From: an uncultured Verrucomicrobiae bacterium
GTDB taxonomy: Bacteria; Verrucomicrobiota; Verrucomicrobiia; Chthoniobacterales; JAFAMB01
Direction: 5' to 3'
DNA: 64,000 nt
Assembly: GCA_963813025.1 (NCBI GenBank)
Contig: CAWEXO010000013.1
Coordinates: 32,001 to 96,000, forward strand
The translations under genes and the position numbers were made by a program. Shown one piece after another: positions 1 to 10,368 of this stretch (positions are counted from its first letter, which is position 1; each line of letters opens with the position of its first letter). The notes under the pieces are model-generated. The model had not been told where the DNA came from. It was given only the letters and a program-made list of their open reading frames with translations, and searched no databases.

Positions 1-61
1 GTCGGTGAATGATACTGCCCCTCGAGGGTTTCGCCCCTGTAACGCTGCAAACTCTAGACAT
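1..61 (-). CDS. rpmB: 50S ribosomal protein L28, N-terminal part (runs off window)
   Basis: Minus-strand ATG at 61 reads MSRVCSVTGAKPSRGSIIHR, a typical L28 N-terminus; purine-rich AAAAAGGAAG upstream. Not in the ORF track. Confidence 0.8.
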   Translation of the reverse strand, partial: MSRVCSVTGAKPSRGSIIHR

Positions 62-158
62 AAGCGCTTCCTTTTTTGAAGAGCCCGGAAGATGCCCGGT
101 ACCGAGCGGTGAGTCAAGGGAAAGAAATGCTTCTGGCTCACGCATCACTCGTATTGGG

Positions 159-639
159 CTACTTTGAGGCGCTATGGTGAATCTCATCCACCCAATACAC
201 GTCTTCCGGCGCTTCGACCGGATTGATAGCTAGATTCACGACCACGGTCTCGCCTCCGCTCCTGACAAGAACGCAGCTAAGCGGTTCATCGCGGCTGGCG
301 TTTATCTCCTGATGCGGAACAAACGGCGGCACATAAATAAAGTCTCCTGGGCCAGCTTCCGCCAAATACTCCAATTTTTCTCCCCAGCGCATGCGGGCTC
401 GCCCGCTTTACCACGTAAATCACACTTTCCAATGCGCCGTGGTGATGCGCCCCGGTTTTTGCATTGGGATGAATGGTCACGGTCCCTGCCCACAATTTTT
501 CCGCTCCGGTACGCGCATGAGTGATCGCGGCCGCGCGATCCATACCCGGTGTTTGCGGTGTGTTGTTATCGAGTTGATTGCCCCGAATAATTTTCACGCC
601 GTTTGCTCGCCAGTCGATTTTGGAATCTTCCAAGGGCAT
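159..639 (-). pseudogene. Cupin-domain protein with a +1 frameshift near 405
   Basis: ORF 286-648 has GAHHHGALESVIYVVK and ORF 159-392 has GDFIYVPPFVPHQEIN (cupin motifs 1 and 2). Removing one C in aagCgggcgagcccgcatg joins them as VVKGRARMRWG. Could be a sequencing error. Confidence 0.75.
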
Positions 640-724
640 CCAATACATTCGTATGAGTCGAGCCGAGTTAAAGCAAAAGGTCAGGTGGCGCGACAGATTC
701 CGCGCTACCCCGGAGCGTTTACCT

Positions 725-1924
725 TTACGCGTACGAACTCGCTCCGGAGAGGCCCAGCGCTGCCCGGCGCGCTTTTCTTTCTTGGCCCACGCGCGCTTCG
801 TAGCCGTTTTCCCGGAAAGCCCGGAGGGGATCGACCGGTAATCCGCGGCGCGTGCGCCACTCTGCTAACGCCGGGCGCACATCAGTGGAGAACGCATCGC
901 GCAAACATTCTTCCGCATCAATCTGTTCGTTTCGCGCCTGATGCCGCGCGAGTTTTTCATGGTCGACCAGCGCAGCCTTCGCAAAAAGTTCCTGTGCGGA
1001 GTTCACCGTCTGGATGGTCGCCTCGATTTTCGATTTATCGTTATGCGATTGATCGATCATGTAAGGAATTTCGGGGTGTTCGCCGGTTTCCGCTGCATAA
1101 AAAAGGATTTCGTGAAAGATCCGGAATATTTGATACGGATCGATCGAACCAAGCGTCAGATCGTCATCGGCATACCGTCGATCGTTGAAATGGAACCCGC
1201 CAAGCATTCTCTCACCCAGAAGCCAGGCAACAATCTGCTCAATATTCTGCCCCTGGTAGTGGTGGCCGGTATCGACGAGGACTTTGGCCTGTGATCCCGC
1301 CGCCATGGAAAGAATATAGGCCATTCCCCAATCAGCGATGTCGGTATGATAAAATGCTGGTTCGAAGGGCTTGTACTCAACCAGGAGAATTTGGCCTGGT
1401 GCGAGGTGATGGTGGATCTCCTGCAATGCCGCGGTCAGCACCTGCTTTCGCCACCGGATATTCGCTTGACCCGGATAATTCGAGCCTTCCGCGAGCCAGA
1501 GAGAGATGAGTTTGCTGTCGACCGCTTTGGCCAGCTCTACGCTCTCGAGCGTATGAGCCAAGGCCATCTTACGGACACTCGCATCTGTATTGCAAAGCGC
1601 TCCGTATTTGTAGACTTGGTCCTGAAAGAGATTGGGATTAATCGCTCCGATGGTGATGCCATTTTTCTTAGCGATATCGCTCACCTCTCGGGGATCCTGG
1701 CTAGGCCGGAAATCCCAAAGCACATGTACAGCCATGCTCGGGCAACAGCCGGTGAGGTCGTTGACTTGGCTGGCGTCAGCCAGCTTGTCGTTAATGTCGA
1801 TCGCGGCAGCGTCCTGCAAGAATTTGCCAAACCTTGTGCCCGTATCGGCGAAACCCCAGGAAGGAAGTTCAATACGGAAATCGTCCAGCGCTACTAACAC
1901 GGCAGCAATTTGCGAATCGTTCAT
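725..1924 (-). CDS. L-rhamnose isomerase-type sugar isomerase (TIM barrel)
   Basis: IELPSWGF.DTGTRF, EYKPFEPAFYHTDIADWG, DTGHH, FHFNDRRYADDDL and DQSHN motifs of the RhaI-type family. Confidence 0.85.
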   Translation of the reverse strand: MNDSQIAAVLVALDDFRIELPSWGFADTGTRFGKFLQDAAAIDINDKLADASQVNDLTGCCPSMAVHVLWDFRPSQDPREVSDIAKKNGITIGAINPNLFQDQVYKYGALCNTDASVRKMALAHTLESVELAKAVDSKLISLWLAEGSNYPGQANIRWRKQVLTAALQEIHHHLAPGQILLVEYKPFEPAFYHTDIADWGMAYILSMAAGSQAKVLVDTGHHYQGQNIEQIVAWLLGERMLGGFHFNDRRYADDDLTLGSIDPYQIFRIFHEILFYAAETGEHPEIPYMIDQSHNDKSKIEATIQTVNSAQELFAKAALVDHEKLARHQARNEQIDAEECLRDAFSTDVRPALAEWRTRRGLPVDPLRAFRENGYEARVGQERKARRAALGLSGASSYA

Positions 1925-2042
1925 AGAAGAGAGTGACGAATGCTCACCTGCGATCTTTGCTAAAAAAATGATTGTCCCGTTTCTCCGGATCAGGCTTGGT
2001 CTGCGGATCCTATTCCTGTCGTGAAGATCCCGGCCCGACGCT

Positions 2043-3044
2043 CTACTTCGAATGGATGACGATTTCTACGCGGCGGTTTAGCTGCTGTTCCTCGACCGAC
2101 CGATCCGCCGGGACGATGAGCCGTGATTTTCCGAATCCCTGCGCCTGGATTCTGCCCGGATCGATGCCCATGTTCTGGACCAGCCAGGCCTTCACCGTCT
2201 CCGCGCGCCGCTGGCTGAGGTCGAAATTATATTGTTCACTGCCAAAGGAGTCGGTGTATCCTTCCACCCGAAAAACTGCTTGCGGGTTACGCTGAATCAA
2301 GCGCCCTAATTTGTCGAGACTGGTGGTCGCGCCGGATCGCAAATTAGCGGAGTCATAATCGAAAAGGAGATCGGTCGGCATCAAAATCGGCGCTGTGCCA
2401 TGCCCCACGCGGCCCGTGCCTCCCAATAAATCGTCGAGGTTACTGTAGCCGGCGGGAATCCCGGCCGTGCGGGCGGTGGCCGAATCACTTGCGTCCGGAT
2501 TGTCTGTCTGTCCGCGTCGATCCCGGTTTCCGGAAGCCAACTTTGGCCGGGAAGGGTTCGGCTTATCGTTGAGCAACTGCTGCCGGATGTCGCTCAAATC
2601 TTTATCGAGGGCGATAGCGCTCTCGGCCTTAGCTTTGGCGGCGGCGGTCAGGGCGGACTTGGTGTCGACGCTCGGTTTTTCTTTAAAATCCGGTATTTCC
2701 GGAGAACTGACCTCGGGAGTGGCGCGCAACTCCCGCATATCGGCCGAACCATCGAACTGATTCAGTGCGGCAATCGCCACGGCCGAAGGGGCAGTGCTGC
2801 CGGCTTTATGGTCCGGCTGCGGAGAAGACTCCAGCAATTTTTGGCTGATCTGGAGGCGATTGACGGTGAAGACGCGGGGAACAAGCCGGGGAGCCTCGGA
2901 CGTGGTGAACCGATCGAGCTTTTGCTGGCTAAATCCGTAGAAAAGAACCCCGTGTGCCAGGAGCGACAGCAGGACGGCTGGTAGAAACCATTGCCGCAGC
3001 GAGACCGCGCTGTCTGACATCGAGTCCTCCGGGTAGTACGACAT
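2043..3044 (-). CDS. OmpA-family peptidoglycan-binding protein with N-terminal membrane anchor
   Basis: C-terminal LFDYDSA...VEGYTDSFG..YNFDLSQRRAETV...NRRVEI; hydrophobic N-terminal segment. Confidence 0.85.
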   Translation of the reverse strand: MSYYPEDSMSDSAVSLRQWFLPAVLLSLLAHGVLFYGFSQQKLDRFTTSEAPRLVPRVFTVNRLQISQKLLESSPQPDHKAGSTAPSAVAIAALNQFDGSADMRELRATPEVSSPEIPDFKEKPSVDTKSALTAAAKAKAESAIALDKDLSDIRQQLLNDKPNPSRPKLASGNRDRRGQTDNPDASDSATARTAGIPAGYSNLDDLLGGTGRVGHGTAPILMPTDLLFDYDSANLRSGATTSLDKLGRLIQRNPQAVFRVEGYTDSFGSEQYNFDLSQRRAETVKAWLVQNMGIDPGRIQAQGFGKSRLIVPADRSVEEQQLNRRVEIVIHSK

Positions 3045-3072
3045 GGGGGCAGTGTAGGAGCGGGGAAGGGAT

Positions 3073-3319
3073 CAGTCAATTGAGCGGAGAGATTGGAGGT
3101 TACAGTCAATCGAGCGGCGGGAGCGGCGGGAGCGGTTTCAGCGGAGGGATGTAGCGCTAAATCTCAGAATTGAACAACTGACCAAGCACTCAGGCGCGGA
3201 ATACGTCGAGCTTTTTTTTGGGGTCGGGGATGCTGAACAATTCGTAGTTCCCCAGCTGTCCAGTTACCTCCGTCCGCTGAAACCGCTCCCGCCGCTTCCT
3301 CCGCTCAATTGACTGTAAC
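3073..3319. repeat. Palindromic REPIN/MITE-like element family A, copy 1
   Basis: Inverted arms cagtcaatcgagcgg...gagcggtttcagcgga / tccgctgaaaccgctc...ccgctcaattgactg around a ~120 bp core. Confidence 0.85.
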
Positions 3320-3365
3320 ATGTAAGCTGGCAGCTGCCAGCGAGCTGTGGCAATCTTGCGTCCTT

Positions 3366-4025
3366 ATGGCCCGAGACAGCGATGCGACCGAACGTATGGA
3401 GAGAATCGTGAGCCTGTGCAAACGCCGAAGCTTCATCTTCCAATCCAGCGAGATCTACGGCGGTCTGAATGGAGCGTGGGATTACGGTCCGGTCGGGGTC
3501 GAGCTCAAGCGAAACGTCAAGGACTTCTGGTGGCGCCGCATGGTTCGGGAGCGCGATGACGTGGTTGGTATGGACGGTTCAATCCTGATGAACCGGCAGG
3601 TGTGGGTGGCCAGCGGGCACGAGAAAACCTTCACGGATCCAATGGTCGATTGCCGGAATTGTCAGGCGCGGTTACGCGCCGATCAGTTGGTAATCAAAGA
3701 TGGAAAAAGACAGTGCCCAGTCTGTGGCAGCCCAGATTTGACCGACCCGCGCGAGTTTAACTTGATGTTCAAGACTTATGTCGGTGCGACGGAGGACGAG
3801 TCGTCCTTGACTTATCTCCGTCCGAAAACGGCCCAGGCGATCTTTGTGCAATTCAAGAACGTCCTGGAAACGTCCCGCAAGAAACTGCCCTTTGGTATTG
3901 CGCAAATCGGCAAAGCGTTCCGGAACGAGATCGATCCCCGGAACTTTATTTTTCGCTCGCGGGAATTTGAGCAGATGGAACTGGAGTATTTCTGCCGTCC
4001 GGAACAAGGTCTAGGGGCAGTGTAG
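3366..4025 (+). pseudogene. glyQS: Truncated duplicate of glycyl-tRNA synthetase (N-terminal ~215 aa)
   Basis: Near-identical to 4355-5001; ends after [13 protein letters not shown] at the duplication junction (..QGLGAV*); LRPETA changed to LRPKTA. Confidence 0.9.
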
Positions 4026-4040
4026 GAGCGGGGAAGGGAT

Positions 4041-4304
4041 CAGTCAATTGAGCGGAGAGATTGGAGGTTACAGTCAATCGAGCGGCGGGAGCGGTTTCAG
4101 CGGAGGGATGTAGCGCTAAATCTCAGAATTGAACAACTGACCAAGCACTCAGGCGCGGAATACGTCGAGCTTTTTTTTGGGGTCGGGGATGCTGAACAAT
4201 TCGTAGTTCCCCAGCTGTCCAGTTACCTCCGTCCGCTGAAACCGCTCCCGCCGCTTCCTCCGCTCGATTGACTGTAACCTCCAATCTCTCCGCTCAATTG
4301 ACTG
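4041..4304. repeat. Palindromic element family A, copy 2
   Basis: ~65-75 bp inverted arms cagtcaattgagcggagagattggaggttacagtcaatcgagcgg...; same core as copy 1. Confidence 0.85.
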
Positions 4305-4354
4305 TAACATGTAAGCTGGCAGCTGCCAGCGAGCTGTGGCAATCTTGCGTCCTT

Positions 4355-5719
4355 ATGGCCCGAGACAGCGATGCGACCGAACGCATGGAGAGAATCGTGA
4401 GCCTGTGCAAACGTCGAGGCTTCATCTTCCAATCCAGCGAGATCTACGGCGGTCTGAATGGAGCGTGGGATTACGGTCCGGTCGGGGTCGAGCTCAAGCG
4501 AAACGTCAAGGACTTCTGGTGGCGCCGCATGGTTCGGGAGCGCGATGACGTGGTTGGTATGGACGGTTCAATCCTGATGAACCGGCAGGTGTGGGTGGCC
4601 AGCGGGCACGAGAGAACCTTCACGGATCCAATGGTCGATTGCCGGAATTGTCAGGCGCGGCTACGCGCCGATCAGTTGGCAATCAAAGATGGAAAAAGAC
4701 AGTGCCCAGTCTGTGGCAGCCCAGATTTGACCGACCCGCGCGAGTTTAACTTGATGTTCAAGACTTATGTCGGTGCGACGGAGGACGAGTCGTCCTTGAC
4801 TTATCTCCGTCCGGAAACGGCCCAAGCGATCTTTGTACAATTTAAGAACGTCCTGGAAACGTCCCGCAAGAAACTGCCCTTCGGTATTGCGCAAATCGGC
4901 AAAGCGTTCCGGAACGAGATCAATCCCCGGAACTTTACTTTTCGCTCGCGGGAATTTGAGCAGATGGAACTGGAGTATTTCTGCCGTCCGGCACAAGGTC
5001 TGGAACTCTTGGAGTACTGGTTGCAAGAGCGACTGCGTTTTTATTCGGATATCGGTCTACCGGCATCGCATCTGCATGTTCATAAGATTGCTCCGGAGGA
5101 ATTGGCGTTCTACTCCAAAGGTACTTACGACATCGAATTCCAGTTTCCGTTCGGCATTCAGGAGTTGGAAGGGGTGGCCTATCGAACCGACTTCGATCTG
5201 AGTCAACACCAGAAACTGAGCGGGAAACCGCTCGAATATTTTGACGACGAACGCAAGACCCATTCCATCCCGCACGTTGTCGAGCCGAGCGCCGGCGTTG
5301 ATCGCACAGTCCTGGCGCTGCTTTGTGCCGCTTATGAAGAGGACGCGGTAACGGATGAACAAGGGAAGAGCGAGATGCGCACCGTGATGCGCTTTCATCC
5401 GCGGATGGCTCCGATAAAGTGCGGCGTGTTTCCCCTGCTAAAAAACCAGCCGCGCCTGGTCGAATCGGCACGTCAGATTCAAAATATTTTGCGGAGCGAA
5501 ATGATGGTTTTTTACGACGAAACAGGTGCGATTGGACGCCGCTACCGCCGCCAGGACGAGATCGGTACTCCGTTCTGCGTAACAGTCGATTTTGATACCA
5601 TTGGGGAGAACGGTCCGGCCAACCGGGATACGGTGACCTTGCGGGAACGGGATTCAATGAAACAGGTGAGAGTCGCGATCAAAGATCTACCGGATCTTTT
5701 GCGCGAAAGGCTCCGCTGA
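4355..5719 (+). CDS. glyQS: Glycine--tRNA ligase, homodimeric (alpha2) type
   Basis: [75 protein letters not shown]. Confidence 0.97.
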   Translation: MARDSDATERMERIVSLCKRRGFIFQSSEIYGGLNGAWDYGPVGVELKRNVKDFWWRRMVRERDDVVGMDGSILMNRQVWVASGHERTFTDPMVDCRNCQARLRADQLAIKDGKRQCPVCGSPDLTDPREFNLMFKTYVGATEDESSLTYLRPETAQAIFVQFKNVLETSRKKLPFGIAQIGKAFRNEINPRNFTFRSREFEQMELEYFCRPAQGLELLEYWLQERLRFYSDIGLPASHLHVHKIAPEELAFYSKGTYDIEFQFPFGIQELEGVAYRTDFDLSQHQKLSGKPLEYFDDERKTHSIPHVVEPSAGVDRTVLALLCAAYEEDAVTDEQGKSEMRTVMRFHPRMAPIKCGVFPLLKNQPRLVESARQIQNILRSEMMVFYDETGAIGRRYRRQDEIGTPFCVTVDFDTIGENGPANRDTVTLRERDSMKQVRVAIKDLPDLLRERLR

Positions 5720-5741
5720 TTCGGAGCAGGGTTGAACCCTG

Positions 5742-6056
5742 CTAGTGCACCGTCCCTCATATAATGGTGTCGTCGTTGCGTTCAAAATGGGCCGCCGGCA
5801 AGGCGGTCCGAGCCGGACTGGCATTAGGAGGGCGCATATCTAAATCGATACGTAACCGACGAGCAACGCAGCCGGCGGCCCATTTTCAACGCAACCCTTT
5901 GGGCCGCGGCTAGTTGGCTGTTTTTCGGCGTTGCTTCCGCCAGTCCGGCTCGGACTCGATCCGTATGAATTCAGATATGGGTGCTTCGCTCGCGTCTTGA
6001 AAAACAGCCGACTGACCTGCGGTGATGCCATCATTATATGAGAGACGGTGCACTAG
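5742..6056. mobile_element. MITE-like element family B with CTAG ends (315 bp)
   Basis: Terminal inverted repeats ctagtgcaccgtc(c/t)ctcatataatg; non-coding interior with nested inverted repeats; shorter copy at 28224-28353. Confidence 0.8.
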
Positions 6057-6357
6057 CTAGTTCCCCAGAACTCTGCGCGTTCTTTTTGCGGCAAGAAACA
6101 CTGGATTGATTGCCTTGGGCATCTCGACGTAGAAAGTAGGCAGCAGTGGGTCGGCAGTTAAGACCGGTGTGGCATTGGAGCTTTATGCCCGATAGCTAGT
6201 TTGGTTCCGAGCGTTTTGGTTGTTGCATTAGCGAAGCTCCAGATCGGGTTGTTTGCCGATCTGGAGCTATCCTGTTTAGGAGATTTCTCTCTATCTACCA
6301 ACTCGGGCCGATGCGCTGCAGTGTGAAAGCAAGAACAACATCTAACCCAAGAGAGGT

Positions 6358-7749
6358 ATGGCAAAGAAAACCACGACCAAGCGAAAGAACAAATCAAAAA
6401 CTCACCGGAGTGTTCTGGAACGGATCAATCTCAAGGCCGCAGGAATCGATATCGGGGCGAATTTTCACCTGGTGGCCATTCCCGAAGACCGCGGCTCAGA
6501 AACGGTGCGCAAGTTTGGCCCTTTTACGAGCGATCTGCAGCGGATGGCTGACTGGCTGAGCGAACACCACATTGAGACCGTAGTGATGGAATCAACGGGG
6601 GTTTATTGGATACCGGTGTTCCAGATTCTGGAGCAGAGAGGGTTGGAGGTAAAATTGGTCAACGCAGCTCATGTCAAGAATCTGCCTGGACGCAAAAGCG
6701 ACGTCTCGGACTGCCAATGGCTTCAACAACTCCACACCTTTGGTCTTTTAAACGGCTCGTTCCGACCCAAGGACGAGGTCTGCGTCTTGCGCAGCTTCCT
6801 GCGCCTGCGCGACACCTTGGTTAAGGACTGCAGCAGCCATGTGTTACGCATGCAGAAGGCCTTAACCGAAATGAATATCCAAGTGCACCGCGTGTTGAGC
6901 GACATCACCGGTTATAGTGGCATGGCGATGATTCGGGCGATTTTGGCCGGAGAACGCAATCCGCTCAAGCTTGCCCAGATGAAACACCCCCAAGTGAAAG
7001 CATCCACTGATCAGATCGTCAAAGCCTTACAGGGAGATTACCGAGCCGAGCATCTCTTCGCCTTGCAAACGGCCCTGGAACTCTATGACACCTACCAGCT
7101 CAAGATCACCGCCTGCGAAAGCAAGATTGAGCAACAACTTGAGCAATTCGACACTAAACTAGATTTGGAGCAAGCCCTCGAGCAAAGCGGGGCGGCCCAA
7201 GCACGGTCGGCCCAAGTTCGCCTAGCCCTGCAGCGCCGAGCGCATCTGGCCAGCGTTTGTGGTGTCGATCTGAGTCAGTTGCCTGGCTTGAGCACCTTGG
7301 CGGTGGAAGTCATCATTTCGGAAACGGGTTTAGACATGACCTGTTGGAAAAGCGAAAAACACTTTTGCTCCTGGCTTAAACTCTGTCCGGACAATCGCAT
7401 CAGCGGCGGCAAACTGCTCAGTTCCAGCCCCAGAAAAACCAAGAATCGCGCGGCGGCCATGTTCCGGCTGGCGGCCCAAGGAGCCATGCAAAGTAAGACG
7501 GCCATCGGCGCTTTTATCCGCCGCATCAAAGCCCGATTGGGGGCACCCACCGCCATCAACGCCGGAGCTCATAAACTGGCACGCTTGTTCTATCGCATGC
7601 TCAAGTTCGGAGCTGCCTATGTCGAGCAAGGGCAACTCTACTACGAGAAAAAATACAAAGACCGCCTACTTCACAATCTCAGCCGACGAGCCAAAGAATT
7701 CGGACTCCAACTCACGCCTCTAGACCCAGCCACGGATTTAGTTTCTTAG
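6358..7749 (+). mobile_element. IS110-family transposase (element ends not precisely defined; ~300 bp structured upstream region)
   Basis: RuvC-like DEDD residues AGIDIG, MESTGVYW, KSDVSDC; C-terminal CPDNRISGG serine motif. Confidence 0.92.
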
Positions 7750-7840
7750 GAGGAGAGTCCTTGAACGCTGAAATTTGCTGTAGACGAATCAAGTTTTTTT
7801 CAGTCTGAGGCGCCGCCTCGCTAGGTTTGTTGCTAAAAAA

Positions 7841-8584
7841 ATGTCGGTACCCTCCCCAAGTTCCTTCCCGCACAGTGAAAAACCGCCGGTGCGCCGAAAA
7901 AAGACGCCGCCCGGAGTCTGGGTCGTTGTCGGAATTGGGGTGTTTTTTGTGCTGATCGCTCTCGGGATAAGCGCGCTGATCGTTTTCAAGAGCGTCATCG
8001 CTCTGAAGCCCGCCGCGATGGGTTTGATAACAGCCACCCCATCGCCGGCTCCTTTGGCAAAGACTCCGGAACTGGGCGAGGGCGTTCAGGCAACGCAAGA
8101 GAGTCCGCCCATAACGGAGGCGACAGCCGATTCGCAGGAGGTGGACGATACGCGACGGGAGGTTTTGAAGCGCATCGACCTGATGCCCGAGCTTTCCCAG
8201 AAGGATAAAGATCAACTTTATGCTCAAGTCGAAAGAGCTCGCGGTTTTTCAAAAATCGCCGTGATACCCTTTCCAACCGGGAAAAGCTCTCTCGGATCGG
8301 CCCAGATCGAGGAGGTGATTAAACGTATCGAGGATGAGCAGGTACACCATCTGCTGGACGATCCCACCGTCGTGCTCGTGATGGTGGGTTATGCTGATAA
8401 ACAGGGCGATCAGGCCAAAAACCGGGAGATTTCCCGAACGCGCGCCGAGGCGGTGGTGAAAGCGATCAAAGACAAGCTGAACCCGATGAATATCATGCAT
8501 GCGGTTGGCATGGGCGGTCAGGATTTGTTTGGGAGCACGCTGGACAAAAACCGGGTGGTCGAGATCTGGGCGGTTGAGCCCTGA
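7841..8584 (+). CDS. Membrane-anchored OmpA-like domain protein
   Basis: Transmembrane helix; IPFPTGKS, VGYADKQG...NREISRTRAEAV, NRVVEI. Confidence 0.75.
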   Translation: MSVPSPSSFPHSEKPPVRRKKTPPGVWVVVGIGVFFVLIALGISALIVFKSVIALKPAAMGLITATPSPAPLAKTPELGEGVQATQESPPITEATADSQEVDDTRREVLKRIDLMPELSQKDKDQLYAQVERARGFSKIAVIPFPTGKSSLGSAQIEEVIKRIEDEQVHHLLDDPTVVLVMVGYADKQGDQAKNREISRTRAEAVVKAIKDKLNPMNIMHAVGMGGQDLFGSTLDKNRVVEIWAVEP

Positions 8585-9772
8585 TTACAGTTGAGCAGCT
8601 GACATGTACCAGTCATTCGAGCGGAGGGAGCGGAGGGAGCGGTTTCAGCGGAGGGATGGAGCGGGACAGTTGAAGAATTTCGAACGAGCGTGTTCGGAGG
8701 TTTGTGTGTGGGTCACAACCTGAGATAGAAGATGGAAGTGACTAAACAAAAACGCCAAGGACAAGCAGAACAGAAGCGGGAGATCGATCCGAGCCTGATC
8801 GATGAGCTCATGAAGGGCTACGAGCGGCCCGAGGATGTGGTGGGAAGTGGAGGGATCCTGGAGCAACTCACCAAACGGCTCTACGAGCGGATTTTGGGAA
8901 CCGAAATGAGCCATCATTTGGGCTACCAGAAGGGCCAGGCGCCCAAGTGCGCAGAGGGGGTGGTACGGGAGAACTACCGCAACGGAGCCAGCAAAAAGAC
9001 CCTGCTGACCGAGGAAGGCGAGCTGCAAATCGACATCCCACGGGAGCGCGCTGGGCAATTTGAACCTCATTTTATCCGCAAGGGCCAGAAGCGTTTTAAC
9101 GGTTTCGATGCGTCCAAAGCTGGCGCAGAGTCTGGGACCAAGTCGTCCCGTTCTTTGCCTATCCGGCCGAGATCCGCCGAATCATTTACACGACCAACGC
9201 GATCGAAAGTCTGCACATGCAATTACGCAAGATACTCAAAACCCGCGGACATTTTCCCAGCGACGAAGCGGCTAGCAAATTGATTTAGCTTGCCTTGGGC
9301 AACATTACCAAAAGATGGAAAAATCCGCCGGTGCCCTGGAAGCTGGCCGCGCCGCAATTTGCGATCCAATTCGGCGAACGATTTTTGGCGGCTGACGCCG
9401 CCCTGTAAGCATGAGAAAAGTGGCAAGTTGTTGCCGAGGACTTGAACAACGCCAAAGCCCGTTGCTCACAGCTCGCCCGGCGCTGGACCGACCGCCTGGA
9501 GGGCGGTCTCGCCGGCTCGAGCTGCCGTCCTCAGAACAACTTGCCCGGAGGTTAGACAGCAAAGCAAAAAACGACCCACACACAAAAAAGCCGACATTAC
9601 CTTCCGAACAGTCTAGCATCCCAGAAGGCCAAACACCTGGACGGCTATTTTACGCCGGCAAGGCGTGGCCAGTTGTTCAGTTGTGAGCTTTAACGCTATC
9701 TTCCTCCGCTGAAACCGCTCCCTCCGCTTCCTCCGCTCAATTGACTGGTACCTGTCAGCTGCTCAGCTGCAA
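8585..9772. repeat. Palindromic element family A, copy 3, interrupted by IS256
   Basis: ~70 bp inverted arms at 8585-8656 and 9701-9772; after removing the IS the core is homologous to the reverse complement of the copy 1/2 core. Confidence 0.85.
8686..9601 (+). mobile_element. Internally deleted IS256-family element (transposase pseudogene 8732-9408)
   Basis: N-terminal NYRNG...IDIPRERAGQFEP joined to C-terminal IYTTNAIESL...GHFPSDEAA with an in-frame stop; imperfect IRs ending tttgtgtgtgggtc; 8-bp target duplication tttcgaac (8678-8685) / ttccgaac (9602-9609). Confidence 0.9.
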
Positions 9773-10296
9773 GTTTGGGAGCCAGCGATTGGGGAAGCGT
9801 CATTTCTTACAAATTCTATAATTTGTAGAATCGCCAGTTGACTTTTTGCATTTTTTCGGTTGCTCAGCCCTGTCAGTGTTCTTAGATTCCTCGTTACCAG
9901 CTCGATTGGCCCCCAGAACCGTGTTCCCCCTCTGATCGAGCTGGTTTTGCTTTTTTCATGAGGAATTGCCGACAATTCCGTACGTGTGGGTGCTTCTCGT
10001 CCGAGAAGCCTTCGTCGCGGCCCCAATATGCAACGGCACAACCACTTTACCAGAGGGCGCGCCGTAGCCTTGCGGAGGTGGCCCGGTCGTCCGGATTCGC
10101 AAGGCAGCTCGCGATCAAATGGTCAAGCAGGAGCTTGACCCTACCTACCGTTATAATGGTTGCGATCCCGACGGGCAGGTCACCTCCGCTCGATACGACG
10201 GCTGTGATACGGCAAGCATGTCCCGGGTTGTCGAGACGAAAAAAATGTGCGCCGGGAGACTTACGTCGCGCTGCGGCCCCACGCTACTGGAGTGTT

Positions 10297-10363
10297 CTCC
10301 TCGACTCCTCGAACTCCTTGAACTCCTTGAACTCCTTGAACTCCTCGAACTCCTCGAACTCCT
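10297..10363. repeat. 9-bp tandem repeat (ctcct[c/t]gaa) x ~7
   Basis: Directly visible, immediately downstream of the aspartokinase-like ORF. Confidence 0.9.
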
Positions 10364-10368
10364 GTGAC

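Larger units (their letters stand above)
3046..5001 (+). repeat. ~0.97 kb tandem duplication (3046-4012 / 4014-5001) of the glyQS upstream region and 5' half
   Basis: Both units start ggggcagtgtaggagcgggg and end ...caaggtct; about 14 substitutions in the coding part and small indels in the upstream palindrome. Confidence 0.95.

Noticed and set aside
391..1188. Long antisense ORFs (also 4935-5657, 43989-44783, 50754-52178 and others)
   Set aside because: Shadow frames of well-supported genes in GC-rich DNA
9780..10290. Gene or ncRNA in the spacer
   Set aside because: ORFs here have no recognisable motifs and no convincing RNA structure was seen
10297..10363. Possible CRISPR, or Leu/Glu- or Ser/Arg-rich ORFs
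   Set aside because: Contiguous 9-bp units without spacers and no cas genes; the ORFs are translations of the repeat
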